From Naegleria gruberi (lineage: Eukaryota), in NCBI GenBank assembly GCA_000004985.1, contig GG738849.1: a stretch of DNA of 64,000 bases; one strand, 5' to 3'. Below, piece after piece: positions 45,001 through 55,892 of this stretch. The notes beneath the pieces are model-generated. The model was not told the DNA's origin and made no database searches. It saw only the letters and a program-made list of their open reading frames with translations. The position numbers and the translations under genes are program-made. How positions within the stretch are numbered: position 1 is the first letter of the stretch; every line of letters starts with the position of its first letter.

Positions 45001-45512
45001 ATCAACTTCAAAATCACCAACCATTAAACCCAAAGGAAGAAGATCCTTGAATTGTTTTTTCAAATCTGCTGATGTAATAGTATTCCAATGTGTTTTAATA
45101 TAACCCTTCAATAAAACTGCTGATAATTGTCTAACAGCAGGATTTAAAATAACATTCTTAAGTTGTGATTCTTGTTGAATAATTTGATGAAGAGGAAAGT
45201 GAATAGAACAATTAAACATGTTATTATCCGAAACACAAAATCTATTTCGGAATGGAATATAATCATAAAGTGATACATGTAAAAGTAAAATTCCATAATA
45301 TGAACATCGTGATGGAAATGATAATAATTCATTTTGTGCTCCATTAATTTCCTGTGGTGATACCATCACACCACCTCCAATCTTGTATAAACATTGAGCA
45401 AGAATAGAAAACTCGCGTTGGAGTTCTTCCATTGTGAGAGGTACAAATGAGCTGAAGGGTGGTACTACCGATGCATGTGATGATGAGGCGTGAAGCGGCG
45501 AACCAACAACTT
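42009..45512 (-). CDS. IPO9: Importin-9 (Kap114)-like karyopherin-beta with at least one intron (43380..43332, GTAAGT..TTGCAG).
   Basis: The N-terminal importin block RQLSAVLLKGYIKTHW matches importin-9 RQLASVILKQYVETHW. HEAT-repeat composition runs across the 757- and 440-aa ORFs, and the C-terminus has an acidic tail. Confidence 0.6.
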
Positions 45513-45659
45513 TTGGCATCATTTTTTTTCAACTTCAATTTTTTCCTTCTTTTTTCATTTATTATTTAAAACTGCGAAAGCTTAAAACCAACACAAGCCA
45601 AACTCTATTGAAGTAGAAGAACACTCGAAAAGTAACTTGGCAAGTTGAGAATAAATTTA

Positions 45660-47786
45660 CTAAAAGTAAGGTTCGTGAGGAAGGTGGTTATTTTGTTTGC
45701 AACGTCTTGTCTTTTTGATTTTTCGTTTGCCATCTATTGGAAAATTCCAATCCAAAGCAATATAAAACAGAATGGATATAAAGAGAACTCCAGCTAGTGT
45801 AAATTGAACTGTTTGAACAGAGAAGAGGGTTCCAAAAACAATTCCAATGCAAACACCCAATGATTGAATTATTTTGAAAGAGGAGAAGGCTTCACTAGTC
45901 TTGGCATATTTAAAGTAATCACCTGTTCCACCAAGTACTGAATAAATTACAACATTCAATCCAGAATCGGCTAGTCCACAAATAATTTGAGGAACAAAAT
46001 AAGTGATATAACTTGGAGGCCAGTAAACTGTAGCAAACGATGATGATATGGCCAAAACGTGGAAAATAATTGTGGCTATCATGACTGGTCTTTTTCCAAT
46101 CTTGTCACTCAACCTTCCAAACAATAGAGATCCCACCACCTCACTCAACCCAAAGCAAGCAATAGCCCAAGGAACAATGAATGAATTGGAATGCTTTTGC
46201 ATGACTCTTGGCAAAACTCTGTAAAAGAATGCAATAGAATAGCCAGAGTAGAAGAATATTACAGAGAAGAGGATCATTTTTGGAGAAAGAATTACAGAAA
46301 TAGTATCCTTAATGTACACCAACACATTGGCAATTATTGCCAAAAGTCTATCCCTTGTGGATGGTGGTTTCGGTAATTCATATTCAATTGTAGCTACACT
46401 GAGATTTTCCTCATACATGGAAGGTAAATTGGTGCTGGCTTCATCATCTGTATCATCATTGATAGTGGCCGATTCTACTGTTAAAGAAGAATCTGATTTC
46501 ATGACCACCGTTTTAGGGTAGATTGTTTTTCCTGTATCTAGATGTTTGAATGAGCTATCATTATTCCGTAAATGTTCTGTTCTCTCTACCTTTCTAGGCT
46601 GAGATTTAAGTTGCATATTACTTATAGTTTCATGAAATGAAATATTTCTCAGTGGTGTTAATAGAATAATTCCAAACAATGAGATGATAAATAAAATCAA
46701 AAATAGCCAAAATTCTCCCAATGATAATTTCAACATTGAGGTTGAAATTAAATTTCCCAACAAGGAATTAAGTTGATAAATTGCAAAAAAGACTCCAGAA
46801 TAAAGTCCCATTACGTCATCAGCATGTGAAAGACCCTTTCTCAGAGGTCTATATCTACTCACAGTAAATGCAGAGTTGAAATGATCAATTTCCATCTTGT
46901 TTCTTTCTTTTTTAGCCATTCTTTGATAATAATTGGCAGCTCTTGTCAAAATTTCTCCATTCGCTATCCATAATAAACTTCCTCCCAATCCTGAAATTGT
47001 AGACATGGTATAGGAAACTGGAGCCATCTCCACTGACAAGCTCAACACAAATAAAGCATACAAGAAAGCTCCAACAATAATACTCGTCCTAAGTCCAAAT
47101 AATTTAATAATACTCGGTGTAACTATTGAAAATCCTGACAGAGAAGAATAGAGAACAATGGCAGATGCTGTTATTCTCCTCCTAATTTCAGTAAAATAGA
47201 ATAGTAAAATATTAAATGCTGAAAAGAGAATTAGAAATGAAATTCCCAATACCAACACATTGAAAAATCCCTTGTTGAAATACTTGATTTTAGTTGGAAG
47301 AGATGTTTTAAATTTCCGAAAGAGTGGACTCGGTGAACTATTAATTAAAAGTGGTGATCTTATATTTTCCAAATGATGATAATTACTTCTTGATGATTTT
47401 ACTTGATCCATTCCACTCAATATTGAATTGTTCCGAGATAATTCATCATCATCAAAATCCAATTCGTAGGGATCATCGTCATCATCCAGTGTATTATGAT
47501 TTACTCTACTGGGCGAAATCTCTTGACGATAATTAAATCTGTTCTGGTTACGATTTGAAGAGGGTGATTGTTGATAGTAATATTCGGCATGTCCACTTGT
47601 TAATAGAGTATTGTTATTATAATCATAGTGATGATGAGCATTACGTGATGGAGATTGTATTATCGGGTGTGATGATACATTGTGATGATTAGGAATAGAG
47701 GAATTTGGTGTCGTTAGAGTTGTTGTAGTGGTAGTGAGCATCATATTACTGCTAAATTCATCCCCACTACGCGCAGCATTATCAGC
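45660..47786 (-). CDS. UNC93-like major-facilitator-superfamily membrane protein with a long N/S/H-rich N-terminal extension.
   Basis: The ORF has about 11 predicted transmembrane segments. The first ATG gives MADNAARSGDEF. The stop is TAG. Confidence 0.45.
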   Translation of the reverse strand, partial: ADNAARSGDEFSSNMMLTTTTTTLTTPNSSIPNHHNVSSHPIIQSPSRNAHHHYDYNNNTLLTSGHAEYYYQQSPSSNRNQNRFNYRQEISPSRVNHNTLDDDDDPYELDFDDDELSRNNSILSGMDQVKSSRSNYHHLENIRSPLLINSSPSPLFRKFKTSLPTKIKYFNKGFFNVLVLGISFLILFSAFNILLFYFTEIRRRITASAIVLYSSLSGFSIVTPSIIKLFGLRTSIIVGAFLYALFVLSLSVEMAPVSYTMSTISGLGGSLLWIANGEILTRAANYYQRMAKKERNKMEIDHFNSAFTVSRYRPLRKGLSHADDVMGLYSGVFFAIYQLNSLLGNLISTSMLKLSLGEFWLFLILFIISLFGIILLTPLRNISFHETISNMQLKSQPRKVERTEHLRNNDSSFKHLDTGKTIYPKTVVMKSDSSLTVESATINDDTDDEASTNLPSMYEENLSVATIEYELPKPPSTRDRLLAIIANVLVYIKDTISVILSPKMILFSVIFFYSGYSIAFFYRVLPRVMQKHSNSFIVPWAIACFGLSEVVGSLLFGRLSDKIGKRPVMIATIIFHVLAISSSFATVYWPPSYITYFVPQIICGLADSGLNVVIYSVLGGTGDYFKYAKTSEAFSSFKIIQSLGVCIGIVFGTLFSVQTVQFTLAGVLFISILFYIALDWNFPIDGKRKIKKTRRCKQNNHLPHEPYF

Positions 47787-47958
47787 CATTATTATATTAT
47801 TATTCAAATCAAGTATTATAAGTTGTGTTACTATTCCGTAAATAATCTTGAAGATAAGCTGTCGCCAATTTTTTGTTCAAAATTTGTGGGCTTCTTCAAG
47901 AGTTGAGTGGAATCATAAGAAATATTAAATAATAATATATTAATATTAATCAAAAAAA

Positions 47959-48558
47959 ATGGAAAGAATGACAGAGGTTCATCGTCACATTCTTCAAATG
48001 ATGATGGCACACAAATTTATGGCTGAAGATGAATTGACTCGAAAATTAGAAGATTTTAAGAATAATTTTCAATATGAAACTCTGGTGCAAAATAACAGTG
48101 AAGAACGATTTGATATTGATCTTTCCGAGTTTATCACAACAATTAATTCTGCACTAAATTTTATGGATATGAAAATAGTTAGAGAACAACATCCAAAGAC
48201 AAAGAAAATATTATATACATTAATTAATCAAACGGAGGATGAAATTTCAAAGCTTGCAACACGTTATTCTATTGATGAACTGGAATTATTTAAAAGTATT
48301 TGTGAAGCAATAGCTAATGATAATGATGAAATTCTAACAATTGTTGTGGCAACAAGTAAACGTCCAAAAGCACTTTCAGTGGAGGCTGCAGAACAAGCTA
48401 TCAGATTATTTATAGAGGAAGGCTGGTTAGAAAATTTACCAGGTCAAGGATTGAAATTTGGATTTAGATCACAAACTGATTTGGCCAACTATATTTCTGA
48501 ATTACAGACTCTGGAAGAAGAAGAAGAACCACAAGGAGAAGAGGAAGAAGAAGAATAA
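47959..48558 (+). CDS. NSE1: NSE1 (non-SMC element 1 of the SMC5/6 complex) N-terminal winged-helix region; no RING domain is encoded.
   Basis: MERMTEVHRHILQMMMAHKFMAEDELTRKL... and KKILYTLINQTEDEISKLATRYSIDELELFKSICEAI and AEQAIRLFIEEGWL align with human NSMCE1 MTDVHRRFLQLLMTHGVLEEWDVKRL / RPIYALVNLATTSISKMATDFAENELDLFRKALELI / AEQVLQKFVQNKWL. The ORF ends in an E-rich tail followed by TAA. Confidence 0.7.
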   Translation: MERMTEVHRHILQMMMAHKFMAEDELTRKLEDFKNNFQYETLVQNNSEERFDIDLSEFITTINSALNFMDMKIVREQHPKTKKILYTLINQTEDEISKLATRYSIDELELFKSICEAIANDNDEILTIVVATSKRPKALSVEAAEQAIRLFIEEGWLENLPGQGLKFGFRSQTDLANYISELQTLEEEEEPQGEEEEEE

Positions 48559-48721
48559 TGTAACATATATTGAATCTAGGAACTAAATATTAACTAAATG
48601 ATATTTTATTAATCAGATTATTTCCGATATAAATAATATCACATTCGAATTGTTATTACTATTACTGAATATATTGAAGAAATGATCCAAATTGATGTCC
48701 TGATATTATTATATTACCGAA

Positions 48722-49066
48722 TAATGCTTGTTATTAATCAGAATAGTTGGCATTTGGGAAATCAGCATGAAATTGGTCCATAAATGTTCTGGTCAACTCT
48801 ACAGCTTCCAAATACTTGCTTATACATCTATTTTGACAAATCATTTCTCCAGAGTGAATATCATTATGTTTAAAATTCAATCCGATACAATGTTTAAAAC
48901 ACTGATTCACCATCCTTTAAAAATTCTATCCAAACCACCTCCTCACACCAATTACTTACCTTCCATAATTATCTTTAATATTATAGGCTCTAATCTTTGC
49001 CAGTTCCAACTCTTCGGGAGTTTCAGCAGTAGCAACAATCTTCTGTACTGAATTATTGTTTGTCAT
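48722..49066 (-). CDS. Small TIM (mitochondrial intermembrane-space chaperone of the Tim9/Tim10/Tim13 family) in two exons; the intron is about 48952..48997.
   Basis: Spliced translation MTNNNSVQKIVATAETPEELELAKIRAYNIKDNYGR|MVNQCFKHCIGLNFKHNDIHSGEMICQNRCISKYLEAVELTRTFMDQFHADFPNANYSD* has the twin Cx3C motif (CFKHC...CQNRC). Confidence 0.7.
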
Positions 49067-49144
49067 TTTTTATTGAAGAAAAAACAAATGGATTTTGATT
49101 TAAAAATTATTTTTAAAATTACAAATATTAAAAAATTCAAAAAA

Positions 49145-51019
49145 ATGTCCTACAATAATAACTATCATCGGGATAGACAATATAATAACGGAGGAGGTTC
49201 GTATCGTAATGATAATAGAGGAGGATCGAATAATTATCAGGGTAGTAATAATAGCAGAGGAGGAGGAGGAGGAAATTATTCATCATACAATTCTCACCAA
49301 GCATCAGCTTCATCTTCTCATATTCTTCCACCATCATCAAATCAGAAAAAGACTAAAATTATTCATGTCGATCCATCAGTTGTACAAAAAACAAAACCAT
49401 CTGTAAATACAAGCGTTCAAGAAATTATTCAAAGAAGACAATTAAAGTATCCAATATCTAGTGTGAATATTAGTGTTGGTAAATCACCTGTAGAATTGCC
49501 AACTGGTGAATTTCCTAATCCATTGGAACATCCATCTATATTAATTGATACAAAAACAGGTATTGCAATTGAAGATTTGAGTGCAGATACTGAAAATGAT
49601 TATATTAAAAAGTTACTGGAAAGTTGTGGACCTTACGCAAGTTGGAAACGGTTGAAAGACACAAATACAAATAGATGGAAAACTTTTGGATTTTGTGAAT
49701 ATCAATCATGTGCATCAGCTATTCGTGCAATGAAACTTTTGAACGGATTGGAAATTGAACCTGGAGTGTTTATTAAAGTAAAATGTGGTAAAAAAACCCA
49801 AACATTTATGGATCAATATCAACAGAAAAAACTAGAATTATGGTCTAAAAGGTTGAAGGAAAAGGAAGAACAATTATCAAACTTTGATGGTGGACAAGAA
49901 TTAACACCAGAACAAAAACAATTACTTGCACAACTTGAACAGCAAATGGGCTCTGCTAATGCACCTGTAGAAATTAGAGATAAGGATAAAGTTGAACTTG
50001 AAAAGTTTGAAACAGCTCTCGACCAAATCTCACAAGTAATTATCAAAGATTTGGTTGGTGAGAGAATGAATGTGGAAAATGAAAATAGATCCAGAGAATC
50101 GATCAGTCAGCAACTTGCTGTCTCTAACACTGTTCAAAAGATTGCAGAGTCTGGTGTCAGTAACGAAGAAACAGAGGCTACCAAAAATGTAATTTATGAT
50201 GAAATTCGTCGATTCAGAGATAATGAAAGACTGAAGGAAGAAGAAACCAAACAAATTGAAAAGAGAAGCAGAGAAAAGATTTATAAGGAGAAGAGACTTA
50301 AACAATCCAAACAATTGGAAAGGGAGAGAAGAAGAAGATTGAGATGGGAAAAAGAGAATGAACAAGACAAGAGACAACGAGAAATTACCATCAGAAATAT
50401 TGAAGAATTCGAAAGAAGAAGGGAAAGAAAGTATGGAGGTATTGATGGAACAGGTCAAGATTATGATACAAGTGATGACGAGATGGATATCACAGAAAAG
50501 AAAAAGATCCAAATCGAATTGCAAGAAAGATCTTCAAATTTACCAAGTCAAACAGCTAATGTCTCTATTGGATACTCTGAGGAAGACGAACAAGAAGCAT
50601 GGAGTGGAAGAAAGAAGAAGAAATTATCAGCCATTGAGGAAATTGAAAGATCCAAACAACAAAGTGAATATTTGGATTTGGAAAATATTTACAAATCTCT
50701 TCCAGTATCAACGGCTGATATATTTGCCTTTGCAATTGATTGGAATATTGTTGATAAGTATCATCTCTGGCAAAGTTTAACCAAATTTGTTGATGAAGGT
50801 GTTATCAACTTGACAGGTGATTCTGAAGAAAGTTTAAGTCAATTTATTTTGGGTAAGATTGAAACTCACTCTCCACCTCAGGAAGTAATTGATGACTTGC
50901 TTGAAATCTTTGATGACCAGACTGAACAATTTGTAGTAGGGTTATGGAGAAAGCTCTTAGTGGAAATGATAAGAAAACAACGTGAAGAAGAAATCAATAA
51001 TCAAGAAATTAATGAATAA
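49145..51019 (+). CDS. RBM25: RNA-binding motif protein 25 (RBM25/S164-like): an RRM, an RE/ER-rich region and a C-terminal PWI domain.
   Basis: It has a G/N-rich N-terminus and an RRM-like segment (SWKRLKDTNTNRWKTFGFCEYQSCASAIRAMKLLNGLEIEPGVFIKVK). It also has an ER-rich stretch (EKRSREKIYKEKRLKQSKQLERERRRRLRWEKE) and a PWI-type C-terminus (…EQFVVGLWRKLLVEMI). Confidence 0.6.
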   Translation: MSYNNNYHRDRQYNNGGGSYRNDNRGGSNNYQGSNNSRGGGGGNYSSYNSHQASASSSHILPPSSNQKKTKIIHVDPSVVQKTKPSVNTSVQEIIQRRQLKYPISSVNISVGKSPVELPTGEFPNPLEHPSILIDTKTGIAIEDLSADTENDYIKKLLESCGPYASWKRLKDTNTNRWKTFGFCEYQSCASAIRAMKLLNGLEIEPGVFIKVKCGKKTQTFMDQYQQKKLELWSKRLKEKEEQLSNFDGGQELTPEQKQLLAQLEQQMGSANAPVEIRDKDKVELEKFETALDQISQVIIKDLVGERMNVENENRSRESISQQLAVSNTVQKIAESGVSNEETEATKNVIYDEIRRFRDNERLKEEETKQIEKRSREKIYKEKRLKQSKQLERERRRRLRWEKENEQDKRQREITIRNIEEFERRRERKYGGIDGTGQDYDTSDDEMDITEKKKIQIELQERSSNLPSQTANVSIGYSEEDEQEAWSGRKKKKLSAIEEIERSKQQSEYLDLENIYKSLPVSTADIFAFAIDWNIVDKYHLWQSLTKFVDEGVINLTGDSEESLSQFILGKIETHSPPQEVIDDLLEIFDDQTEQFVVGLWRKLLVEMIRKQREEEINNQEINE

Positions 51020-51134
51020 ATTATTTCACTAGCAATAATTACTTTAGTATTATTTAGCTTTTTGAAATGCAACACACTCAGCCAGTTCTTTAATAATTTA
51101 ATAAAAATCCGACGAATTTATTACATAAAAGTAT

Positions 51135-51725
51135 TTAGTTTCCCTTTTGTACAGCTTCCATAGTCTTGTTGAAAAGTTCATCTTCCGATAACTCTTCTGT
51201 GGATGTAGAAACAGTTTGTGTAATTTCTTTTTCTGGCTTTTCCAATTTTCTCTTCATTTGCTTTGTTAATTTGTATTCAAAAGGAACTCTCTTGTATGTT
51301 AATTGACCTCTCAATGGTTGAATGGCAGCGACTTTGTGTCCTCTCTTCAAAATTGTAAGAATTTGCTTCAAGTGTCTCTTACTATTGATAAGTCCTGGGT
51401 GTCTTGAATTCATTTCTTCGTACAAGACGGATGATGTTGCTCTTCCCAATTCGTTGAGTGTATTAATGACGTTATGGATTGGATAGGATGGTGTTCTGTT
51501 GTTGGTAACAGTCTCCAAGGTTTTACCCTTTAAACGATCCAATTCAGAGTCTATCGTTTCGGTAAAACTACTATTATTGTTATTAGTCATAGAAAAACTT
51601 CTACATTGTTGATAAAAGTTAAATGATGATGGTTTATGTAAGAAAAGGGTTGGAGTAGCGAATTTGTTGATGCTACCAGCAGATGAAAGTTTGGTAAGAA
51701 GGGAGAGTCTCTTCATTTTTTTCAA
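51135..51725 (-). CDS. Mitochondrially targeted protein with a winged-helix (linker-histone H1/H5-like) fold; function unknown.
   Basis: It has a presequence-like N-terminus (MKKMKRLSLLTKLSSAGSINKF...). The segment SYPIHNVINTLNELGRATSSVLYEEMNSRHPGLINSKRHLKQILTILKRGHKVAA resembles an H15 globular domain. Confidence 0.3.
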   Translation of the reverse strand: MKKMKRLSLLTKLSSAGSINKFATPTLFLHKPSSFNFYQQCRSFSMTNNNNSSFTETIDSELDRLKGKTLETVTNNRTPSYPIHNVINTLNELGRATSSVLYEEMNSRHPGLINSKRHLKQILTILKRGHKVAAIQPLRGQLTYKRVPFEYKLTKQMKRKLEKPEKEITQTVSTSTEELSEDELFNKTMEAVQKGN

Positions 51726-51873
51726 TATTTTTATTTATTATTTTTTATTTTAAAAATTTGCAATTTTCTTTTTTTCACTCCTTAGTTGAATTGTTGGAGG
51801 AAATGTTGTCTTCAACTCCAATTACTAAGAATTTTAATTTAAGAAAATTATATAATAGAAGGAAGTTTTTAAT

Positions 51874-53871
51874 TTAATGATTGGTTGGAGTAACACGAAT
51901 TGGGTGAGCTTCAGTATTGAAAACAAACTTGTCAATTGGAATGATATGTTTTGGAGAGAATAATAAATAGAGATATTTCAATGTTTCAGCCAAGAAGAAT
52001 GATTGTTGGAAATCGTCGTGAACTGGAGACTGTGTTGCTACATTTCGAAGTCCACTGTAACCACCAGAGGCAATTTTGCATTTTGATTCAATTGCTTGGA
52101 AAATCTTCCATCCCCATTCTCTGTACTTTTCATCACCAGTAACTCTGTACATGATGAAAATACTTTCAACTGTTTCTGGTCTTAATAAATAAGTAGAGAC
52201 ACCAGGGTTAAATTTACCGCTGGCAGTGTCAAAGTGGAAAGTTTCTGGTCCAATTCCTGAAGGCATTTGAGCATAAGTTTCATAACATGTTCTTGTGAAT
52301 TCAGCACCAGTTTCAATTTGACGCTTATTTGAGATTTGGAATCCAGGAGTGGAAACATTGAAATAACCACCCAATGCAAACATACCAGCTGCAAAACATG
52401 CCAAATGGTCAACCTTGTGATGAGCTCTACCTTCGTATTCTGCAACATAGGTATATCCTTGGTTGGATTTGATAACCATATTCTCAAAGATACCCTTCAA
52501 AGTTGCCATGTACATGAATCTATATTTTTCAGCACCCTTTGTTCCTCTATTCAACAACCATTGTTTCAATAAATATTCATAGAATGAATCTCCCAAAGCA
52601 CCCAAAGAAACATAGTTAGAACACCAACTTCCAGAAGTTGGAGATATTTTGAGTGGATATAATCCATTGTCTGGCTTTTTGCTTTCCATGATATCCATAA
52701 CCTTAGTTACAGCATTATGATACTTCATATCCCCAGTCAATTCACTCAATCTTCTGAATTCCAATTGAAGAGAACCAAGTTCGCTCAAAATTGCACAATT
52801 ATTAGCCCAAGCAAATGTCTTTTTGGATCCAGTCTTCAAGTTAATTTCCGAATATGGAATACCAGTTGGTGAAGAGAAGGCAGGAAGTAATCTGTCAGCC
52901 ATATCTTTGGCTTTTTCGAGGAAGATCTTTTCCTTTGTCAAATCATACGCACTCACAAAACCTCCAACAACACGAATAGTTGTTTCAAAAACACTAATTC
53001 CACCATTAATTGTTGAAAATGAAGGCATGTCATTCTTAACATAATTCAATGATTTTTCATATTGTTGTTTCAAACCCATGATAACCATTGTATCAAGTGA
53101 ATCAATCAGTGTCATACCAAAACCTTTTGAGCTAGCAATCCAATTATGATAACCTTTGCTTACTGGTCTATATTCATCCTTTCCCCAAACATGTTCATAT
53201 CCTTTGAATGCGTGAATGAATGCATCTCTTACAGCCTTTCTTTTTTCGTTTGCACTGTCACTCATAAAATCATTCTCATAATCGTCAATAGTCATCTGTT
53301 CTGGTTGATAAAGATAAGATTTTGGTCCAACTTTTAATTCCTCAGTCTTTGGTTGTTGAACAACTTCTATATGTTTTTCAACTATTGTTTCCTTTGTTGC
53401 TTCCTTAATTTTGACTTGTTGAATTGGTTGTTTTACATCCCTTGTTGGTGGTGCTTGTTGTTCTTGTTTTTGAGGTGTTTGTGGAGGTTTTGGAATTGGA
53501 GGAGGAACATTTGGTGGAGTTCTCTTTTCTTCTCTTGTTGTTTTAATAATTTCAATTTCATCATGCAACTCCAAATCTTCAATTCTTGGAAGAATTTCAA
53601 AGTTTGACTCTCTAGTATTACCAATTGAAAGAGTTGAAAAGAGGAAGATGAAAAGAACAATTGTTCCGAAGAGGATTAAAGTGTACTTCCAAAAATTACT
53701 AATATCTCCACTAGACTCACTCAGTTTCGAGGAAAAACCCTTCTTGTTATAAACTCCCAGAGGATCCAAATCTGCATCCTTAGAAACTGTTAATAATTGA
53801 GGGTTTACATTTGATCTTTTTATCAAATTTTTCCCCTCCTCAATCCCACTAAAATCGGATGATGATGACAT
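51874..53871 (-). CDS. MNS1: Mannosyl-oligosaccharide alpha-1,2-mannosidase (GH47; ER mannosidase I / MNS1-like), a type II membrane protein.
   Basis: The 665-aa ORF has an N-terminal signal-anchor (YTLILFGTIVLFIFLF) and a P-rich stem. Its GH47 blocks include AWANNCAILSELGSLQLEFRRLSELTGD, LGALGDSFYEYLLKQWLL and GPETFHF. Confidence 0.85.
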   Translation of the reverse strand: MSSSSDFSGIEEGKNLIKRSNVNPQLLTVSKDADLDPLGVYNKKGFSSKLSESSGDISNFWKYTLILFGTIVLFIFLFSTLSIGNTRESNFEILPRIEDLELHDEIEIIKTTREEKRTPPNVPPPIPKPPQTPQKQEQQAPPTRDVKQPIQQVKIKEATKETIVEKHIEVVQQPKTEELKVGPKSYLYQPEQMTIDDYENDFMSDSANEKRKAVRDAFIHAFKGYEHVWGKDEYRPVSKGYHNWIASSKGFGMTLIDSLDTMVIMGLKQQYEKSLNYVKNDMPSFSTINGGISVFETTIRVVGGFVSAYDLTKEKIFLEKAKDMADRLLPAFSSPTGIPYSEINLKTGSKKTFAWANNCAILSELGSLQLEFRRLSELTGDMKYHNAVTKVMDIMESKKPDNGLYPLKISPTSGSWCSNYVSLGALGDSFYEYLLKQWLLNRGTKGAEKYRFMYMATLKGIFENMVIKSNQGYTYVAEYEGRAHHKVDHLACFAAGMFALGGYFNVSTPGFQISNKRQIETGAEFTRTCYETYAQMPSGIGPETFHFDTASGKFNPGVSTYLLRPETVESIFIMYRVTGDEKYREWGWKIFQAIESKCKIASGGYSGLRNVATQSPVHDDFQQSFFLAETLKYLYLLFSPKHIIPIDKFVFNTEAHPIRVTPTNH

Positions 53872-54068
53872 TTTTTTTGAAATTCGAACATCTCTAACCT
53901 CTTAGCCTTAATTCTCTAAATGTTGTGTTAATACTCTTTGAATAATTTGGGCTGATTCAGAATATTATTATATTATTATTTATTATATATTTATTGAAAT
54001 GAGACAGACAAAAATTGAAAAATTTAGGATACAATCTAGATAACAAGTGTAGAAAAATGGAAATCCAT

Positions 54069-55162
54069 TTACTTCCACATTTGACCCAACTTCATAACTT
54101 GGTGAGTCTTTGGACACAAGTTACAGATACGTCCACAAGCCTTGTTTGGAGTCAAGACAAATTCAAACATGAGAGCAGCAAAAATAGCACCCAAGAATGG
54201 AGCAGTGTAATAAATCCAACAATGCTTATAGAATGACCAAGAAATGAGCATTGGACCCAAAGCACGAGCTGGATTCATACAAGCACCAGTTAAAGCACCA
54301 GCCATGGCATTGGCACCAAGGGCCAAACCAATGTACAAGGCAGAAACGATCTTGGCAATAGGTTCAAAGTTGACTTCCAAGAAGATCTTGCTTTCATTTT
54401 CAACCATCTTGCTTGCTTGGTGAGGAGCAGAAGCATATGATTGAGTATTCAAGTGCTTAACCTTGACGGCAGCTCCGAAAATAGTAGTGACAAACATGAA
54501 GGTCATCAAGAGTTCAGAAGTGAAACCTCTAAGAGCAGTAGTAATGTCATCATTTGGTAAAATGAAAACAGCACCATCAATACCACCAGAAATCCAAAGA
54601 GTTAATGATGATCCGACAACAGCACCCAAACATTGGGCAATCAAATACAAAATACCTGACATGATACCAATATTACGAGTAACCAAAACACAAATAGTAA
54701 CAGCTGGATTAACGTGACCACCAGAAATTGGAGCAAAGACGTGAATGACAATAATCAAACCGAAAATGTGGCCCAAAGAACCACGAATATAATCACCTGG
54801 AACTTGTGAAGAATATTGAGAACTCAAAGTACCAATAAGAACGAACTATTGCAGGTTTAGAATAAATAATGTACTAATAATTGACTACTTACCAGCATGG
54901 TACCAATAAATTCACCCAAAACAGCACGCCAATCGAAAATAATATCGGGATGGGTAAAGAATGGGACAATGTTTGATGTAATTGGGGCTTCTTCGACTGG
55001 TTCTTGTTTATCCTCTAATTCAATTTCGTTGGCAACCAAATCTTTTCTTTGTCCTCTTTCGAGTTCATCCATACTAGTCTTACTGGCACCTTTCTTTCCA
55101 GCTGGTCTGTCGTACTTTTCATCTTCATCATGAAGAGGTTCCTCATAACGGGAGGCTTTCAT
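54069..55162 (-). CDS. Aquaporin/aquaglyceroporin (MIP family) in two exons; the intron is about 54847..54893.
   Basis: It has two NPA boxes (SGGHVNPAVT and NPARALGP) and six transmembrane segments. The N-terminal exon MKASRYEEPLHDEDEKYDRPAGKK... splices in-frame via GTAAGTAG..CAATAG into FVLIGTLSSQYS. Confidence 0.85.
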
Positions 55163-55892
55163 TTTCTTTATAATTTGTTATAAAATACACAATATAAGTG
55201 ATTAACATGATGAGATAACAAAAGGTGATGACACCAATAGATGATGAAAATAAAATTTGGAGATGGATGTTGTGATCAAAAGTAATAAAGATGTTAATAA
55301 AAACAAGTCATCATTAAATAATAAATATCAAACAACAAGAATAGGATCATCACACAACAGGAGTCAACAAAAGCGCTGTAAATAGGAGTGTAACGGTAAG
55401 ATGACTTACCCTTCTTTAGCGGGTTGGTAAGGAATGTATTATTGAATTGTTTTTTTTTAATTTTACAAAATGTTGCAGACCTCTGTTTGGATAACTGGCC
55501 CTAAATAGAATGCAGACATCATAGATAATGCAAAATTTCACTTGAAAAAGTATTTTTATCATTGCTTTACAACATAATATTACAATCTTCAACTTAAATC
55601 TACTTTTGGAATGAATGCCATTCCATGTCGAACGGATACCAATGACTTTTGCTTCTTCAGCAATTAATAATTCAAATAACGTAATAGAACTAGATTAGAA
55701 ATTTCTTCTTCTTTCACCTTTAATTTAGAACAGACCCTCTCCGTGTAGTGATGTCACTTGTATCCTTATAATTTTCCTTCATTATCTCAGAGAATTGTCT
55801 TAATTGCTAAAATATTTGAAAATTAATTTTTTATTTTAAAAAGAAAAAATATTAACAATGCCTCCATACAAAGATCTTCATCGCGGACTTGA

